DNA of 46,781 nt from Candidatus Poribacteria bacterium (GTDB lineage Bacteria > Poribacteria > WGA-4E > UBA9662), in contig JAYZAL010000030.1 in NCBI GenBank assembly GCA_036339735.1, forward strand, positions 1-46,781, written 5' to 3'. The stretch's first letter is position 1, and each line of letters starts with the position of its first letter. This document shows, piece by piece, positions 28,591-38,904 of this stretch. Position numbers and translations under genes: made by a program. A model generated the notes under the pieces. It was not told the origin of the DNA and did no database searches. It was given only the letters and a program-made list of their open reading frames with translations.

Positions 28591-30207
28591 TCAATTTGCT
28601 CTTCTAGATTTTCTTCTAGTAGTTACGTCATCCCAAGATTCAACGCTACAAAGATCGGCCCAGGCATCATACAAACATAACAGTTCAGTAACCACTTTAG
28701 GGTATTGAGGAGACAAGTCATTCAGTTCAGTTCGGTCTTTTTCTATATCGTACAACTCCCAATTTCCAGGATACTTAGAAACTAACTTCCATCGCCCTTT
28801 CCTGACAGCCCGATTACCTTCATGTTCCCAGTAAAGGACCTCTTTACCATTATCTTGATTGTCAAAAATAGGAACTAGACTATCACCCTGTAGGGGTTGA
28901 ATTTTGTTGCCTTTATGTTCAGTTGGATATTTTGCGGATGAGACTTCTAGACAAGTCGCCATAATGTCTGTCAGTTGAGCTGGCTGATGTCTAAGTTCGC
29001 CTCTTGCCGAAATACCTGCCGGCCAATGAACAATCAGTGGGGTACCAATTCCACCTTCATGTACCCAATGTTTATATTCACGAAATGGGGTATTGGAAAG
29101 ATTAGCCCAAGGTACACCATAGCTTTGATATGTAGTCTCAGGGCCAGGCATAATATTTGGATCGTTACCATGGTAAATCGGTTGGCCATCACTCGTTAAA
29201 AATGTCGAAATATCAGTATCGGATTCCCGAACTCGGGCGTTACCAGGTCTAGGTGATCCTCCCAATTCTTCAGCGCAGCCACCATTGTCAGCTAGAAACA
29301 TGATAATAGTATTCTCTAACTGTCCTGTATCTTCTAAGGCTTTGATAATACGACCAATTCCTTGGTCCATTCTATCAACTTGAGCTGAGTATACTTCCAT
29401 TCGCCTGCAATTCCACTCCTTAAATTCAGCTTGTTCCCATGGTAGTTGTGAAGGGTCTCGATCACTCATTTCCCAACTCTCATCTAACAGGCCCATTTGG
29501 CGCATTCTTTGTAAACGTTGCTGCCGCAGGATATCCCACCCTCGGTCGAACCGCCCTAAATATTTATCTATATCTTCCTGATGTGCGTGTAATGGCCAGT
29601 GTGGTGCAGTGTAAGCAACGTAAGAAAAAAACGGATTATTTGGTTTCGTCTCTTGATGCAAACGAATATGCTCAACTGCTTTGTCACTAATAGCATCTGT
29701 GAAAAAATAATCATCAGGCAAATCTTCCAAATCCAGTTGCTTATTGTTGTGTGTCAAAGTTCGAGGTCGCCAAAAATTAGCTGCACCAGTGATGATGCCA
29801 TAAAAATGGTCAAATCCCCTTTGTAATGGCCAGCTGTGCTTGGGACCATCAGGCCCAATGTGACGACTGATATGCCACTTACCACTCATGTAAGTATCGT
29901 ACCCAACGGCTTTGGTTACATCTGCGATCGTCACACAATTATGGTTCAGGTCGCCTCGATACCCTTCTAATCCATCATCCGTCATCATGTGGCCAACACC
30001 AGTCTGGTGCGGATGTAAACCGGTCAATAAAGAAGCTCTTGAAGGGCAGCATCGTGCAGTGTTGTAGAACTGGGTAAATCTTAATCCACCATAAGCCAAC
30101 CGATCCAAGTTCGGGCTATGAATTTCACCTCCATAGCAACCTAGGTCCGAGAACCCCATGTCGTCGTTCAAGATCAGTAGGATATTCGGCTGTTTATATT
30201 CACTCAT
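28591..30207 (-). CDS. Arylsulfatase (Cys-type, formylglycine-dependent)
   Basis: PNILLILNDDMGFSDLG, RCCPSRASLLTG (CxPxR), GKWH, APHWPLHA, ADNG. Confidence 0.93.
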   Translation of the reverse strand: MSEYKQPNILLILNDDMGFSDLGCYGGEIHSPNLDRLAYGGLRFTQFYNTARCCPSRASLLTGLHPHQTGVGHMMTDDGLEGYRGDLNHNCVTIADVTKAVGYDTYMSGKWHISRHIGPDGPKHSWPLQRGFDHFYGIITGAANFWRPRTLTHNNKQLDLEDLPDDYFFTDAISDKAVEHIRLHQETKPNNPFFSYVAYTAPHWPLHAHQEDIDKYLGRFDRGWDILRQQRLQRMRQMGLLDESWEMSDRDPSQLPWEQAEFKEWNCRRMEVYSAQVDRMDQGIGRIIKALEDTGQLENTIIMFLADNGGCAEELGGSPRPGNARVRESDTDISTFLTSDGQPIYHGNDPNIMPGPETTYQSYGVPWANLSNTPFREYKHWVHEGGIGTPLIVHWPAGISARGELRHQPAQLTDIMATCLEVSSAKYPTEHKGNKIQPLQGDSLVPIFDNQDNGKEVLYWEHEGNRAVRKGRWKLVSKYPGNWELYDIEKDRTELNDLSPQYPKVVTELLCLYDAWADLCSVESWDDVTTRRKSRRAN

Positions 30208-31046
30208 ACTACCTCACTATTCAATCCCAAGTAGGTCAAAAGTTTATCGATTTCGGCGTAATCATTTATAATAATATCCGCACCAGCCCGAATTAGTCGA
30301 TCGCGTTTATTTGCATTCATCTGATATCGGTTGTTTTCTTGGGAGGCTACACCAATGGCTATAGCAGAAACACTTTTAGCATTTTCTATCTCAACGTATC
30401 CATCACCAATAATTAGGAGCTGTTCGCCTGATATGTTGAAATCTGACAATATCTTTTGAATTACCATGGCTTTAGAAAATTTAGCGTATTCTCGTAAAGC
30501 TCCAAAGATTCCACCATCAAAATAACTAGCTACGCCTAGTAATTCCGCTTCTTTTTTTACAAATTCAATATCTGTACCACTAGCTAAATAGAGGTGAATA
30601 GAGCACTCCTGCAGTTTTTGCAAAAGTTCTATACTGAATGGAACCCGCAGGGAATCAGATTCTATGGACCCATTAACCAAACCTGCAATTCGTTGATTAA
30701 CTATCGGTAATAAGCGACGATTATAAAGGTCTTTGTAGTCTAGAGGGGTTGCAGCTCTGGCCTTTCTCTTTTCAACTTCTTTAACTAATTGCATCATCTG
30801 ATAAATTGTTTGCTTACCAGTTAGCCGGTCAACAAACTCCACCACAATGGCTTCTAGTTGTTGCTCAGTTTCGATTGTGGGTGTCTGAGCCAAAATTTCA
30901 ACCATCATTGGTACCATTACATTCTGCCAACCATCTCGTATCAGAGAAAGAGTCCCGTCGAAATCTAAAACTGCGTGGCGGATATTCTTCCCATCAACTG
31001 CTCTAACTAACTCAATCGAAGTATTATTTAAATATGTTAAATCCAT
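30204..31046 (-). CDS. HAD-family hydrolase
   Basis: LDFDGTLSLIR, LASGTD, IGDGYVEI. Confidence 0.88.
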   Translation of the reverse strand: MDLTYLNNTSIELVRAVDGKNIRHAVLDFDGTLSLIRDGWQNVMVPMMVEILAQTPTIETEQQLEAIVVEFVDRLTGKQTIYQMMQLVKEVEKRKARAATPLDYKDLYNRRLLPIVNQRIAGLVNGSIESDSLRVPFSIELLQKLQECSIHLYLASGTDIEFVKKEAELLGVASYFDGGIFGALREYAKFSKAMVIQKILSDFNISGEQLLIIGDGYVEIENAKSVSAIAIGVASQENNRYQMNANKRDRLIRAGADIIINDYAEIDKLLTYLGLNSEVV

Positions 31047-31285
31047 CTGGCGATTCTATCAACTAACCATAATCCTGTCAACGAACGATAGCAAAGGAGA
31101 AAATGATAAATTCATTTTGTAAATCGTAAAATTGGAGCGAATATTAGGTTAATAATAATTCGGGTTCTGATTAAATAGCACTAACCAGAATACTATTGTG
31201 AATATGGTAAAATTTTGTCTTACCTTTGAAGTAAGATTAAAATTATGTCATCATTAGGAAATTCTCGTTTGAACCTTTGTAGTAA

Positions 31286-32524
31286 ATGAATCCTTATTTG
31301 ATCATTATAATCTTAGCACTAGTCGGCGAATTCTTGGTTCGCAGTGTGGTTCGGCATCTCAACCTAAAAGCTATGAGCCCTAACTTGCCTAGTGAGTTTG
31401 ACGGTTTTTATCAATCCCAAGAATACCAAAAATCTCAAAGATATACTCAAGCGAAAACTAAGCTGTCTTACGTGACCTCAAGCGTAAGTTTGCTCGCAAT
31501 TCTGGGATTAATTTTTATTGAAGGTTTCAGTTGGCTCGATAATTATGTTCGAGGTTTTGGCTTACCGCCAATTCCAACGGGCCTTCTTTTTTTTGGTCTA
31601 CTTTTTTTGGCCAATGATTGGCTTTCTTTTCCTTTTTCTTTCTACAATACATTCATAATTGAAGGTAAATTTGGATTTAACAAAACCACCATCAAGACAT
31701 TTCTGCTTGATAAAGTCAAATCGTACCTGTTGACCTTAATCTTTGGTATTCTTATTCTCTCTGCTATTTTATTCTTCTTTATCCAACTAAGTGAATGGGC
31801 TTGGCTATATGCCTGGGGCTTGACTGTTATTTTTTCCGTTTTAGCTCCACCAATTTATACCAGCCTGATTTCGCCATTATTTAATCAATTCACTCCGTTA
31901 GAAGAAGGTGAACTCAAAACAGCTATTCAGAAATATGCTGATCAAGTAAAATTTCCTTTGGCAGAAATATTTATCATGGACGGCTCTCGACGTTCATCTC
32001 ACGCCAATGCTTACTTTACCGGATTTGGGAATCAAAAACGGATTGTCCTTTTTGATACACTAATCGAAAATCATTCAGTGAATGAATTAGTAGCTGTCAT
32101 CGCACACGAGGTTGGTCATTATAAAGAAAAACATCTACTGAAAAATATGATTCTGTCTGTTGCCCATTCTGGTTTTTTATTCTATCTTCTATCTCACTTT
32201 ATCGACAATCCGGCTTTATTCTCTGCTTTTGGAATGCAACAAACACCGTTATATGCAGGCTTGGTATTTTTCGGCCTTTTGTACTCTCCAATTGAATTTG
32301 TATTATCAATTGCTTTGCACGGACTTTCACGCCGGCATGAGTATCAGGCGGATGCGTACGCAGTAAAAACACTTGGCATGGCAGAAAACCTGATTTTGGC
32401 ACTGAAAACTTTGTCAGTGTCTAATTTAGGCAATTTAACACCACACCCAATTAATGTTTTTCTGAATTATAGCCACCCGCCAGTTTTACAACGCATTTCA
32501 GCTATGCGAGAGTTAAAAATATAA
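31286..32524 (+). CDS. M48 (Ste24-like) membrane zinc metalloprotease
   Basis: DGSRRSSHANAYFTG, IAHEVGH, SRRHEYQADAYA, YSHPPVLQRI. Confidence 0.93.
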   Translation: MNPYLIIIILALVGEFLVRSVVRHLNLKAMSPNLPSEFDGFYQSQEYQKSQRYTQAKTKLSYVTSSVSLLAILGLIFIEGFSWLDNYVRGFGLPPIPTGLLFFGLLFLANDWLSFPFSFYNTFIIEGKFGFNKTTIKTFLLDKVKSYLLTLIFGILILSAILFFFIQLSEWAWLYAWGLTVIFSVLAPPIYTSLISPLFNQFTPLEEGELKTAIQKYADQVKFPLAEIFIMDGSRRSSHANAYFTGFGNQKRIVLFDTLIENHSVNELVAVIAHEVGHYKEKHLLKNMILSVAHSGFLFYLLSHFIDNPALFSAFGMQQTPLYAGLVFFGLLYSPIEFVLSIALHGLSRRHEYQADAYAVKTLGMAENLILALKTLSVSNLGNLTPHPINVFLNYSHPPVLQRISAMRELKI

Positions 32525-32549
32525 CACTATTTCTCAAAGGAGTTACCAA

Positions 32550-33440
32550 ATGTCCCTTAAGGAAATCTCCCACACCACTCCGTACATAATTGGTAAGAAT
32601 CTTGGAAGTTCGGCCCTACAAGAACAAGATAATCTACCAGTAATGAATTCGGACCAATTACCGGTAATTAGTTTAAGCCAAGAGCAGAAATATACATTTG
32701 ATCGTAAGGGCTGGTTGTTAATTCCCGGGGTACTCAATGGTAGTGAATTGAAAGAAATGCAGGAATTCGGCTCACAATTACGTAATGACCCTCAATCAAT
32801 CCCCGAAAAAGATCGATCCGCAATGGGTGGACCTCTCCAGAAATTGGTCGATCACCCATTAGTAGTTGGTTTTATGAACGAATTCGTAGCTCATCCACCA
32901 CTTTCTAGTTCCTGTTGCTACGGATTTCGGATGGAGTCTTGTGCCCTCTTTTATCGGACTCTAAATGATGGTCATTTTGGTCCCCATAATGGAAATGGGT
33001 TGTTCCGTTTTCCCGGAGACTCACATCTTTATCGTTGTATTCCAGGTAAAGCATATAGTGGTTTATCTCGGGTAGTTTGGGAACTCAATCCTGTCAAAAA
33101 GGGAAAAGGTGGAACATTATTAGTTACAGGTAGTCACAAAGCTGTCTACGCAGCACCGGAAAGTATTAAGGCCCCTAATTCGCCAATTTGGGATACTTAT
33201 GGTTGCCCTGAAGGTTCAGTTCTCTTTTTTACAGAAGCCTTAACACATAGTACCCACCCTTGGACTAACACAGAAAATGACCGAATTGCCGTATTCAGTT
33301 GTTACAACACTGTCAATAGCAAATGGCACGATTGGGAACCTCATCCAGACTTATTAGCTGAGATGCCATCTATGAGACAGACACTATTCCGTCCAGTTCG
33401 AGCTGCTAACAACTTAGTTGGTGAAAATTATCAGCACTAG
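32550..33440 (+). CDS. PhyH-family dioxygenase with a non-canonical HxG iron motif
   Basis: EQKYTFDRKGWLLIPGVL, PHNG, VVWEL, GSHK, FTEALTH, R before AVFSCY. AAGGAG RBS. Confidence 0.8.
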   Translation: MSLKEISHTTPYIIGKNLGSSALQEQDNLPVMNSDQLPVISLSQEQKYTFDRKGWLLIPGVLNGSELKEMQEFGSQLRNDPQSIPEKDRSAMGGPLQKLVDHPLVVGFMNEFVAHPPLSSSCCYGFRMESCALFYRTLNDGHFGPHNGNGLFRFPGDSHLYRCIPGKAYSGLSRVVWELNPVKKGKGGTLLVTGSHKAVYAAPESIKAPNSPIWDTYGCPEGSVLFFTEALTHSTHPWTNTENDRIAVFSCYNTVNSKWHDWEPHPDLLAEMPSMRQTLFRPVRAANNLVGENYQH

Positions 33441-33608
33441 AAAAAAATGAGTTAAATGGAAACCCCAAAAGTATCACTGTAATTAGATGTTTAATTTATG
33501 TCCGCATCAAAACATGACTTTCTAATCTGTCATGATATTATTACTTCTCACCAGTTATACCCGTTGTGCCACTATATGAGTTTATAGATTCACTTAAGAG
33601 AAATAAAC

Positions 33609-34310
33609 ATGAAAATTATAGTTAATGGCAAAGAGTATACGATAGAACCAGACGCTGACTTGAGTGGTGCCAACTTGAGCGAGGCCGACTTGAGAAGTAC
33701 CAAATTATGGAATGCTGACTTGAGTGGTGCCAACTTGAGTAATGCCAACTTGAGTAATGCCAACTTGGGTGAGGCCAACTTGGGTGAGGCCGATTTGAGT
33801 AATGCTGAATTGTATCGGGCTGAATTGAGTGTTGCTGACTTGAGAAAAGCCCAGCTTGAAGGTGCTGACTTGAGAAGGGCTAACTTGAGATATGCCAGCT
33901 TGAGTGACACCAACTTGAGTGGTGCCAACTTATGGCGTACCAAATTGAATGATGCCAGATTACAAGGTGCTAATTTGAGTGACGCTAACTTGAGTGACGC
34001 CAAATTGAGTGGCGCCGATTTGAACGGTGCTAAATTGAGTGACGCCAAATTATGGAATGCTGACTTGAGTGGTGCTTATGCGATAGAGGCTGACCTAAGT
34101 GATGCCAAGTTGGATGGTGCCGACCTAAGAAGTGCCACACTATGGAACGCAAACTTAAGTCATTCTAACTTATGGCGTACCAAATTGAATGGCGCCAACT
34201 TGAATGGCGCTAACTTGAATGGCGCTAACTTGAGTGAGGCCAACTTAACAAACATTGAATATGATGATGAAACTATTTGGCCTGAGGGCTTTAAACCACC
34301 TATGAGCTAG
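33609..34310 (+). CDS. Pentapeptide-repeat protein
   Basis: About 40 tandem A(D/N)LxX repeats (15-nt DNA periodicity); C-terminal YDDETIWPEGF. Confidence 0.93.
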   Translation: MKIIVNGKEYTIEPDADLSGANLSEADLRSTKLWNADLSGANLSNANLSNANLGEANLGEADLSNAELYRAELSVADLRKAQLEGADLRRANLRYASLSDTNLSGANLWRTKLNDARLQGANLSDANLSDAKLSGADLNGAKLSDAKLWNADLSGAYAIEADLSDAKLDGADLRSATLWNANLSHSNLWRTKLNGANLNGANLNGANLSEANLTNIEYDDETIWPEGFKPPMS

Positions 34311-34813
34311 TGCAATAATAGAGAGATTCTTTAGCTTCTGTCTATCTATTCCTTCCACTGTTTCTAACCACGCTTGTTTTCTTTTTGTATAACTTACCAG
34401 TCATTTCCGAACTAGATTATGTATACGACTTTCGAGCCTTAAGAAATAGTCGAATTCCTAATTGGCCCTGCATTTTAGTACTCAATAATTTGGGCAAATA
34501 TTCCAATCAATATATCGACGATCTAAAATTTCCACCTATAATACATACAAAAGACGTCAATGGTCCTAATATTTTCTCAAGACTTTAATGCATTGGAGCC
34601 TCATTTTTACCAATACCCTTTTCTAATCCACTTTTAGCCACTTATTTAACTAAAGATTATTGGGTTTTAATCTGTTTTTCAATTAATCATGTTTGTCGTC
34701 AGAAACTAATAGTCCATTAGCATTGACTAATTTTCTTCGTCTATTAACTGAAGGCTTCAGAATAGATAAATTATGTATGAGATAAAATAAATAAAAAACC
34801 AGGAATTAGAATC

Positions 34814-35413
34814 ATGATTTTAGATTATTCTATGATGCAATGGGTTTTGTCCATTGTCGTTGGTATTTCTTTAAGCCGGTTTATTAATACGGTTGCTTTA
34901 ATGGGTAGAAAAAAATCCCGGATTAAATTTGATTTTCTGTTGGTTAGTATCTTGTTTGCTACAACCACCAATATGATTCATTGGTGGTTTAACTCCCCAG
35001 ATTACTTTAGTAACATTGAAGGTAAATATATTCCTTATATGTTCGTATTTTTGGTCATAATATTTTATGCTATTGCACTCGAGTCTCTATTACCTAGTTC
35101 AAGTGAACTTGAATCTGCAGACACAGTTGATTTTAGAGAAATTTATTTCCATCAAAAAGACTTTTTTTACTTGGCTATGGCTACGATCGGGCTGATTATT
35201 GTTGGACTCTACATTTTGTATCCTGAAGTAGAAGGTTTAGCTTTTGGTCTAGAGTCGAAAACGGTCGAAATACCAGTTTTAGTAATTGTGGGAATCATAC
35301 TTCCGGTGATATTGATTATTTCAGACAATTATTATTTGCACGTGTTTCAGACAATATTGGTTCTATTAGGCTTCACATCGCAAGTAATTAAGTATGCAAC
35401 AACAATGAATTAA
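34814..35413 (+). CDS. Hypothetical multi-pass membrane protein
   Basis: About 6 hydrophobic segments; SIVVGISLSR, HWWF and DFREIYF motifs. Confidence 0.7.
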   Translation: MILDYSMMQWVLSIVVGISLSRFINTVALMGRKKSRIKFDFLLVSILFATTTNMIHWWFNSPDYFSNIEGKYIPYMFVFLVIIFYAIALESLLPSSSELESADTVDFREIYFHQKDFFYLAMATIGLIIVGLYILYPEVEGLAFGLESKTVEIPVLVIVGIILPVILIISDNYYLHVFQTILVLLGFTSQVIKYATTMN

Positions 35414-35869
35414 GTAAAAAACTGTTATAGATTGCTTTAGCTCTATTTTGTTTCATTATGTTCCACCTCCAAATTTCAAGTAGTAAGACTGAATGCACTG
35501 AAATCTGAGTTATTTAAATAATTAATCACATCAATAAACATATGAGTTACAGAGGTCGAGAGACGAAAGAACTAATACCGAGGGATAGTCATGACGCATG
35601 CTCTAATAAAGATCAGATTTGGACGGCTGAAGATCCAGGATTAGGTCTTTCGAAAACGTTTAGGCGTCCCAGAGCTCAGAATACCAATGGAAAATGTCCG
35701 AAAAATGGTCTAAGGGTTAAGTAACGATACAGTGTTCATTCAAAAGTAAGGCCCGATATGGAAAAGCCCACTGGTAAAATTACTGTGTCCAGACTACTAT
35801 CTTATTAAATATCGGGCGATTCGCACGCAAATCATGTTTGAGTAAAGCCCTTTTGAAAGGTGCGCCAAA

Positions 35870-36967
35870 ATGAGAAATAAATTCTTATATCTGTTTACAG
35901 CTTTTATGTATAGCACAGTTTTCGCTTCAAACTCAAATATTGAATTTAACGGAACTTTATCCATCTTAGGGCCAAATACTGAAAGTAATTCAAAAACTTT
36001 AGGCTTAAGCCTTAGATATATACCGCTTGTAAAATTTGATATTTCATCACTGTTTGATGCTGAAGTTTCAGGAAATATATTCACCACTTTCGATTCAAAT
36101 AATATCGTTGATGTAACGAATAAGCTTGAAATAAAACCATATCGTGTTTGGCTCCGCTTTGGTACAACAAAATTTGAAGCTCGGATTGGATTACAGAAAA
36201 TCAATTTTGGACCAGCAAGAATATTACGCTCACTTATGTGGTTCGACCAAATTGACCCGAGAGACCCACTTCAATTTACTAGTGGCGTATACGGGCTACG
36301 TATGAGGTACGATTTCCAGAATAATACTAATATTAGTTTGTGGGGACTTTATGGAAACAAAAACCCCAAAGGCTGGGAAGTATTTGGTACAAAAGATCAA
36401 ACACCGGAAATAGGTGGTAGGATACAATACCCGATAGGTAATTCTGAACTAGCTGTTAGCGGACATCACCGAGATATTCGACAGGAAGGTATTTCTGAGA
36501 ATAAAATTGCTCTGGACGGTTTTTGGGACGTTGGTATAGGTCTCTGGTTTGAATCGGCAATAGCTCATATTAATTTTGAGGATAGCAATAGGATAGACTA
36601 TCATTCGTTCCTTACCCTAGGAACAGACTATACGTTCGGTATTGGTAACGGAATTACTGCTACTTTGGAACATCTACTCAGATCGATAGGCAATAGAACC
36701 TTTAGTGCCAATGAGAGGTATAATACTTCTGCTATTTCCTTGTCATATCCTGTCGGCATAATGGATGCACTTTCTTTCTTTTCGTATTATGATTGGAATT
36801 CAGAAATACTATTTAACTTTTTCAGTTGGCAGAGAACCTATGATTATTGGAAAATCCAGTTTAGTAGTTACTGGACTAATATTGATAATATAACACCCAT
36901 GACTAGTAGGTTGGCCAGAACAGCAGAAAGTCAAGGTCTTCAATTTATGACTATTTTTAACTATTAG
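35870..36967 (+). CDS. Putative outer-membrane beta-barrel protein
   Basis: Signal peptide, amphipathic strands, RIGLQKINFG, DPRDPL, aromatic C-terminal residue (IFNY). First gene of the ABC operon. Confidence 0.65.
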   Translation: MRNKFLYLFTAFMYSTVFASNSNIEFNGTLSILGPNTESNSKTLGLSLRYIPLVKFDISSLFDAEVSGNIFTTFDSNNIVDVTNKLEIKPYRVWLRFGTTKFEARIGLQKINFGPARILRSLMWFDQIDPRDPLQFTSGVYGLRMRYDFQNNTNISLWGLYGNKNPKGWEVFGTKDQTPEIGGRIQYPIGNSELAVSGHHRDIRQEGISENKIALDGFWDVGIGLWFESAIAHINFEDSNRIDYHSFLTLGTDYTFGIGNGITATLEHLLRSIGNRTFSANERYNTSAISLSYPVGIMDALSFFSYYDWNSEILFNFFSWQRTYDYWKIQFSSYWTNIDNITPMTSRLARTAESQGLQFMTIFNY

Positions 36968-37015
36968 ATATTTCATTCCATCAAATTTAAAATACTGAAA
37001 TGTGGAGGGGAAAAT

Positions 37016-37717
37016 ATGACTGATTCAAATCTAATTACCACGAGTAACTTGGTAAAAACCTTTACAATGGGAAGTCATGAGTTCACCGCCTTAAATAAAA
37101 TCAACCTGTCATTCAAAAAAGGCGAATTTTCTGGCTTGGTTGGCCCCAGTGGATCGGGAAAAACTACCTTCTTGAATATATTGGGATCCTTGGATGTTCC
37201 AACCCAAGGAAAAGCTGTCGTTTTGGGCCACTCTATCAGTGAACTTAGTACAAAAAAAATGGCTGAATTGCGAAATCACCATTTGGGTTTTATCTTCCAA
37301 ACTTACAATTTATTGGCAGTGTATACTGTTTATGAAAATGTAGAATTACCCTTGTTACTTTTGAAGATACCTGAAGCTGAACGGAAAAAAGCAGTACTAC
37401 AGTCATTAGAATGGGTGGGGTTAACCGATAAAATAAAATCCCGCCCAGCACAACTATCCGGTGGTGAATGTCAGCGGGTATCTATTGCTCGGGCTATGGT
37501 AAAAAAACCGAAAATCGTTCTAGCTGATGAACCTACCGCCAATCTAGATGCCCGTAACTCACATAACATTCTAGAAACTATGGAAAAGCTAAATCAGGAA
37601 TTAAAGACAACATTCATTTTTTCCACTCACGATGAAAAGGTGATTCAGTATTTACGGCGAACGATTGTTTTGAAGGATGGACAAGTGGTAAACGATGACG
37701 ATATAGCCAACAACTAG
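37016..37717 (+). CDS. ABC transporter ATP-binding protein (LolD/MacB family)
   Basis: GPSGSGKTT, LSGGECQRV, LADEPTANLD, STHD. Confidence 0.95.
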   Translation: MTDSNLITTSNLVKTFTMGSHEFTALNKINLSFKKGEFSGLVGPSGSGKTTFLNILGSLDVPTQGKAVVLGHSISELSTKKMAELRNHHLGFIFQTYNLLAVYTVYENVELPLLLLKIPEAERKKAVLQSLEWVGLTDKIKSRPAQLSGGECQRVSIARAMVKKPKIVLADEPTANLDARNSHNILETMEKLNQELKTTFIFSTHDEKVIQYLRRTIVLKDGQVVNDDDIANN

Positions 37718-37728
37718 AGAAGATTATT

Positions 37729-38904
37729 ATGAGACTAGCTTTGAAACTAGCATATCGAAACTTGATGGGGGCTAAATTAAGAACCTGGCTGAATGTTTTT
37801 GTTTTATCTCTTTCCTTTGTGGTAATCATTTGGCAAAAGGGCATCATAAATGGATGGGATCAGCAAGCTCAACGTGATACTAAAGACTGGGAAATCGGTG
37901 GGGGACAATATTGGCAGAAAGATTATGACCCTTACGACCCATTCACGCTTGAAGATGCGCATGCCCAATTGTCCGATGCAACTCAGCAGTCAGTTACTGA
38001 AGGAGAATTGACGCCAATTCTGGTTTCACAGGCCACTATGTACCCGGAAGGACGCATTCAGAATATCCTACTAAAGGGAATTGATCCTGATCAACAGATC
38101 ATAAAACTGCCTTCATCTAACCTTGTATCTAAAAATGGTGAAATTCCAGCAATAATTGGCAGACGCAACGCAAAAAGTAGCAAAATGAAAGTTGGCGACT
38201 ATGTAACCGTACGCTGGCGGGATAAAAATGGGACATTTGATGCGGCGGCAGTAAAAATCGTTCATATTTTTAAAACTAACGTACCAGCTGTAGACACTGG
38301 AATTCTATGGATTCCTCTCGAAAAACATCAAGAAATGATGAATCTTCCTGATCAAGCAACTATTCTGGTCGCTAACCAAGAAACTAATTTTGATGGATCA
38401 ATCGTTGGCTGGGATTTTAAGGATCATCATTTTCTATTGACCGAATTTCGGGAGATGATTGAAGCCAAAAATGCAAGTGGATATATTATGTTTTTGATAC
38501 TAATGTCTTTAGCTATGTTAGCTATTTTTGACACACAAGTATTGTCAATTTTCCGGCGTCAGAAAGAAATTGGTACCCACATTGCACTGGGAATGACGCA
38601 AAGACAGGTCATTACACTATTCACAGTTGAAGGCGCTATGCACTCGATACTAGCAGCTGTCTTAGCAGCATTGTATGGTATTCCTCTGCTGTCTTATCAA
38701 GCTTCTGTCGGTTGGTCTATGCCAGCAGGAACAGATAGTCTGGGTATTACTATTGCTGAGAAAATTTACCCCGCATATAGTTTAGCTTTAATTATTAGTA
38801 CAACTTTCATTGTATTGATTGTGACAACAATTGTCAGCTTCCTACCTACCCTTCGCGTATCCAAAATGAAGCCAACCGACGCTATCCGAGGAAAAATACA
38901 ATGA
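37729..38904 (+). CDS. FtsX/LolCE-like ABC permease
   Basis: LAYRNL, one TM, a large periplasmic loop, then three TMs; RQKEIGTHIALG; PTDAIR. Confidence 0.88.
   Translation: MRLALKLAYRNLMGAKLRTWLNVFVLSLSFVVIIWQKGIINGWDQQAQRDTKDWEIGGGQYWQKDYDPYDPFTLEDAHAQLSDATQQSVTEGELTPILVSQATMYPEGRIQNILLKGIDPDQQIIKLPSSNLVSKNGEIPAIIGRRNAKSSKMKVGDYVTVRWRDKNGTFDAAAVKIVHIFKTNVPAVDTGILWIPLEKHQEMMNLPDQATILVANQETNFDGSIVGWDFKDHHFLLTEFREMIEAKNASGYIMFLILMSLAMLAIFDTQVLSIFRRQKEIGTHIALGMTQRQVITLFTVEGAMHSILAAVLAALYGIPLLSYQASVGWSMPAGTDSLGITIAEKIYPAYSLALIISTTFIVLIVTTIVSFLPTLRVSKMKPTDAIRGKIQ

Noticed and set aside
33590-34048. 152-aa minus-strand ORF with LKLA repeats
   Set aside because: It is the antisense shadow of the pentapeptide-repeat gene.
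33650-34250. CRISPR-like or tandem DNA array
   Set aside because: The 15-nt periodicity is fully explained by pentapeptide coding. There are no unique spacers or cas genes.
35542-35810. Possible eroded kinase or LytTR fragment (GLGLS, GKITVSR words)
   Set aside because: The matches are too short to support a call without BLASTX.
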